A DNA stretch of 57,653 nucleotides. Origin: an uncultured Muribaculaceae bacterium (GTDB lineage Bacteria; Bacillota_I; Bacilli_A; RF39; UBA660). Where the stretch lies: assembly GCA_964402155.1 (NCBI GenBank), contig CAYOAY010000001.1, positions 1-57,653 of the forward strand. Direction: 5' to 3'. Shown here piece after piece: positions 54,961 through 57,653 of the stretch. The position numbers and the translations under genes are program-made. The notes below the pieces were generated by a model that was not told where the DNA came from, did no database searches, and saw only the letters and a program-made list of their open reading frames with translations. The first letter of the stretch is position 1, and every line of letters begins with the position of its first letter.

Positions 54961-57653
54961 TTATTTTATATTTAAGTCAATTTGTATTACTGGTCTAACT
55001 CCAGGGCATTCTATTTTAGAACTTATATTTCCAGTACTTTTATAATACAACGATTGTCCATCTGAAGATACCATTTCAAAATCGGTACTTCCAACAACTA
55101 ATAATGTAATATCTGTATTTGGCGTTCTAAGCCACCATCTTCCATACTTAGTTATTCCTTTTGCGGCTGCGTAATCACTTGGTGCAGATATTGATTTTAA
55201 TTCATAAGTTGCTGTTTCAGATTTACTAAGTAAGTATACTTTATCGCTTGTATTAATTTCCTGGTATGTTGATGAAACACCTGTCTTATTATCAACTTCA
55301 GTATTTAAAATTATTTTTCTTTCGTTTTGAACAAAAGCAGAGTAATAAAAATCACTATTTAACCAATTTCTAATATCACTATATACATAATTAGAACATG
55401 TAACTTTCTTTCCATCAACATATCTGCTTGAACTATGAGAATCAAATTGCATACAATCTATTAAATCTTTTGCGACTAGTGTTAATTTACCAGCATTATT
55501 TTCAACTACTAACCAACATATTGGTTCATAATAGAATAGCTCATTATTATATAATTTAAGTTTCCAACCATTATATTCATATATATCTTCAGAATTAGGC
55601 ATAAGATTATTTAATACATATGAACTTATTTCGTCTTCTTGTACTTTTGATTTTGGATAAGAGCCAAAATAAATATATTCTTTACTATTTTCAGTAAATA
55701 CTTCATTTAGTTTTAGCCATTTCGCATAAAGTACTATATCTGATTCTCTATTGTAAATAGCATTTTCTTTTACTAAATAATTGTTATCATCATACCAGCC
55801 ACTAAAATAATACCCATCTCTTTGTGGTATATTAAATAATATGTAATCATCATAACCAAATTCATTGATAGCCTCACTATCAAATTTTCCACCATTTAAT
55901 ACATATGTAACTGAATATGTTATTTTATGCCATCTAGCATAAAGTGTAATATTATCATTATATGTTTTGCAAGATATCTCATCAACCTTTGATGACTCAT
56001 TAAAGTCTTTTGATGTATACCAGCCAACAAAATTATATCCTTTTCTAATAGGATCTTTTAACTTAATTGCTCCTTCATCAACAGTAATTTTCTGAGGGTT
56101 TCCTTTATTATTAACACCATCATATAAAAAATAGTCAATCGTAAATTCTTTAGGTTTCCATTTCGCATATAAAGTTATATCCTTATTAGGAATAGTTGAT
56201 AAATCAAATTTAGTATCAAAACTAGCATCTTCGTACCAACCATCAAATACATAATAATTTTTTGTTGTTGATACATTAAATTTGCTTCCATAGTCTGCAG
56301 TAATTGCTTCAATTTCTGTTCCACCATTAGTATTAAAAGTTAATGTATATTGATTAATTGTAAACTTAGCATATAATGTTATATTTCCGATTGAGCCTTT
56401 TTCTATTTTTTCAATTCTTTGATTAAACAATTCATCTTTATACCAACCATTAAATGTCTCTTCTTCTTTTGTAGGATTATTTAATACTATAGTTTTAGAT
56501 GTAAAATAATATGTAGTTGGATTATCAATATTATTAACTCCACCATTTAAGACATAAGTTATATTATATGTTTCTAATTCCCATAAAGCATTTGCTATTA
56601 CATCAGATGTTATAGGCGTTTTAAAATCATAATCCCAACCATTAAATATATACCCAGTTTTTGTTAGATTATAATTATTTATAACTTGTTCACCTTTTTC
56701 TATATAAATATCATCAATACTTTCATCGCAATTAGTATTAAAAACAACTTTGTATTTATTTCTTCTATAAATATTAACTTTATAACTATCTTTTAATCCA
56801 TTATCTTTTTCACAAAGAATATAATAAATATTATCACCTTTTTGAAGACTAATTGTATGATTATTAATTTCAGTAGATAAATCTTCTGATGTACATATAT
56901 AATAATTTTCATAGCCTTCAACTAATATATAATTATTAAAATTAAGTGTAGCTGTTTCAGTTGATACTTCTATTTTATAGATTGATCCTTCGTGAACACT
57001 ATTTTCAAGATAAAAAGAATAATTTAATTTCCATTTTGCTTCTAAATTAATATCTTCAGTAACAACATTACCATTAAATAGCCATTTTTCATCATCTATA
57101 TACCAACCTAGGAAAGTATACCCTTCTTTTGTTGGAGTAGCTGGTTTTCTAATTTTTTCTCCTTTTTTAACGCCTTGATTTTGTATTACATCATCAGTAT
57201 TAGTAATAAAAGTAACAGTAAATTCATCAGGATTCATTAGTCTAGTTACTTTTTCAATTAATTCATTAATCTTATCTGTATTATTAGAACTAGTATTTTT
57301 AAGTAAATTTAATGATGTTTCTATCTCACTAAACTTTGCATTATAATCTGATTTAAGCTCTTCGGTTTTACTATTATAAGCATTAGTTAAATCTGTTATT
57401 GCTTGACTATTCTTACTATCTTCTGCTTGTAATTTTGTAAGTTCTGTTTCATAACTTGTTTTTAATGATGCTATTGCATCTTTATTTTCTTTATCACTTG
57501 CTTCTAATTCAGTAACTTTTTTTGTATAAGTGTTTGTTAGGTTTTCGATTGCTTCTTTATTTTCGGAATCTTTTTCTTTTAATTCTTTTAATGATGATTC
57601 ATAGTTTTCTTTTAAGTTAGATAATGCTGATGCGTTTTCTTCATCTTTTGTTT
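54961..57653 (-). CDS. Large surface protein (5'-partial): coiled-coil repeats, Listeria-Bacteroides (Flg_new) repeats, C-terminal DUF6273-like domain
   Basis: The frame stays open upstream of the ORF-track Met (..IEKVTRLMNPDEF) to the window edge. There are multiple ~70-aa units of the type GYTFLGWY...W.F....V..DI.LYAKW. The C-terminus carries FGSYPKS, EPICWLVV, YSDIRNWLNSDFYYSAF, WWLRTP and GVRPVIQI. Confidence 0.75.
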   Translation of the reverse strand, partial: TKDEENASALSNLKENYESSLKELKEKDSENKEAIENLTNTYTKKVTELEASDKENKDAIASLKTSYETELTKLQAEDSKNSQAITDLTNAYNSKTEELKSDYNAKFSEIETSLNLLKNTSSNNTDKINELIEKVTRLMNPDEFTVTFITNTDDVIQNQGVKKGEKIRKPATPTKEGYTFLGWYIDDEKWLFNGNVVTEDINLEAKWKLNYSFYLENSVHEGSIYKIEVSTETATLNFNNYILVEGYENYYICTSEDLSTEINNHTISLQKGDNIYYILCEKDNGLKDSYKVNIYRRNKYKVVFNTNCDESIDDIYIEKGEQVINNYNLTKTGYIFNGWDYDFKTPITSDVIANALWELETYNITYVLNGGVNNIDNPTTYYFTSKTIVLNNPTKEEETFNGWYKDELFNQRIEKIEKGSIGNITLYAKFTINQYTLTFNTNGGTEIEAITADYGSKFNVSTTKNYYVFDGWYEDASFDTKFDLSTIPNKDITLYAKWKPKEFTIDYFLYDGVNNKGNPQKITVDEGAIKLKDPIRKGYNFVGWYTSKDFNESSKVDEISCKTYNDNITLYARWHKITYSVTYVLNGGKFDSEAINEFGYDDYILFNIPQRDGYYFSGWYDDNNYLVKENAIYNRESDIVLYAKWLKLNEVFTENSKEYIYFGSYPKSKVQEDEISSYVLNNLMPNSEDIYEYNGWKLKLYNNELFYYEPICWLVVENNAGKLTLVAKDLIDCMQFDSHSSSRYVDGKKVTCSNYVYSDIRNWLNSDFYYSAFVQNERKIILNTEVDNKTGVSSTYQEINTSDKVYLLSKSETATYELKSISAPSDYAAAKGITKYGRWWLRTPNTDITLLVVGSTDFEMVSSDGQSLYYKSTGNISSKIECPGVRPVIQIDLNIK
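57346..57653 (-). repeat. 75-bp (25-aa) degenerate tandem repeats encoding a coiled-coil, at least 4 copies, continuing beyond the window
   Basis: Protein units: DEENASALSNLKENYESSLKELKEK / DSENKEAIENLTNTYTKKVTELEAS / DKENKDAIASLKTSYETELTKLQAE / DSKNSQAITDLTNAYNSKTEELKSD. Confidence 0.8.

Overview
Very AT-rich, gene-dense chromosomal segment from a low-GC Firmicutes/Bacillota-type bacterium. TGA acts as a stop codon, GGAGG-type ribosome-binding sites are common, lipoprotein signal peptides are present, and the tmRNA tag has a Mollicutes-like NYAFA motif. Most genes lie on the minus strand. Recognisable housekeeping content: typA/bipA, a PHP phosphatase, pepF, TPP riboswitch plus thiT, CDF and CvpA proteins, an NCS2 permease, DUF1846, MgtC, a CPA2 antiporter, a LysR regulator, oadB, maa, fused feoAB, pncA/pncB, murI, an M42 peptidase and a NUDIX hydrolase. 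RNA genes: tRNA-Thr(CGU), tmRNA, and one unclassified structured RNA with its own promoter and terminator. Surface and envelope content: Big_2-VanZ fusion, DUF368, PBP-like serine hydrolase, CHAP lipoprotein, LRR lipoprotein, and two DUF6273 proteins. Accessory or unusual content: (1) G+C-richer cassettes after tRNA-Thr, delimited by three copies of the tRNA-distal/terminator sequence, carrying RelB-ParE, an XRE-zinc-ribbon regulator and decayed genes. (2) A two-gene module, a minimal KxDG ligase-like protein plus a Schlafen/AlbA_2-HATPase-wHTH protein, in which both genes are preceded by the same ~45-nt element and the second carries a 14-copy in-frame 12-bp repeat. (3) A sigma factor and membrane partner operon led by a lipoprotein paralogous to the partner's ectodomain. 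(4) An OAS/CD-NTase-like protein with a degenerate catalytic motif. No CRISPR array, rRNA, transposase or integrase was seen.
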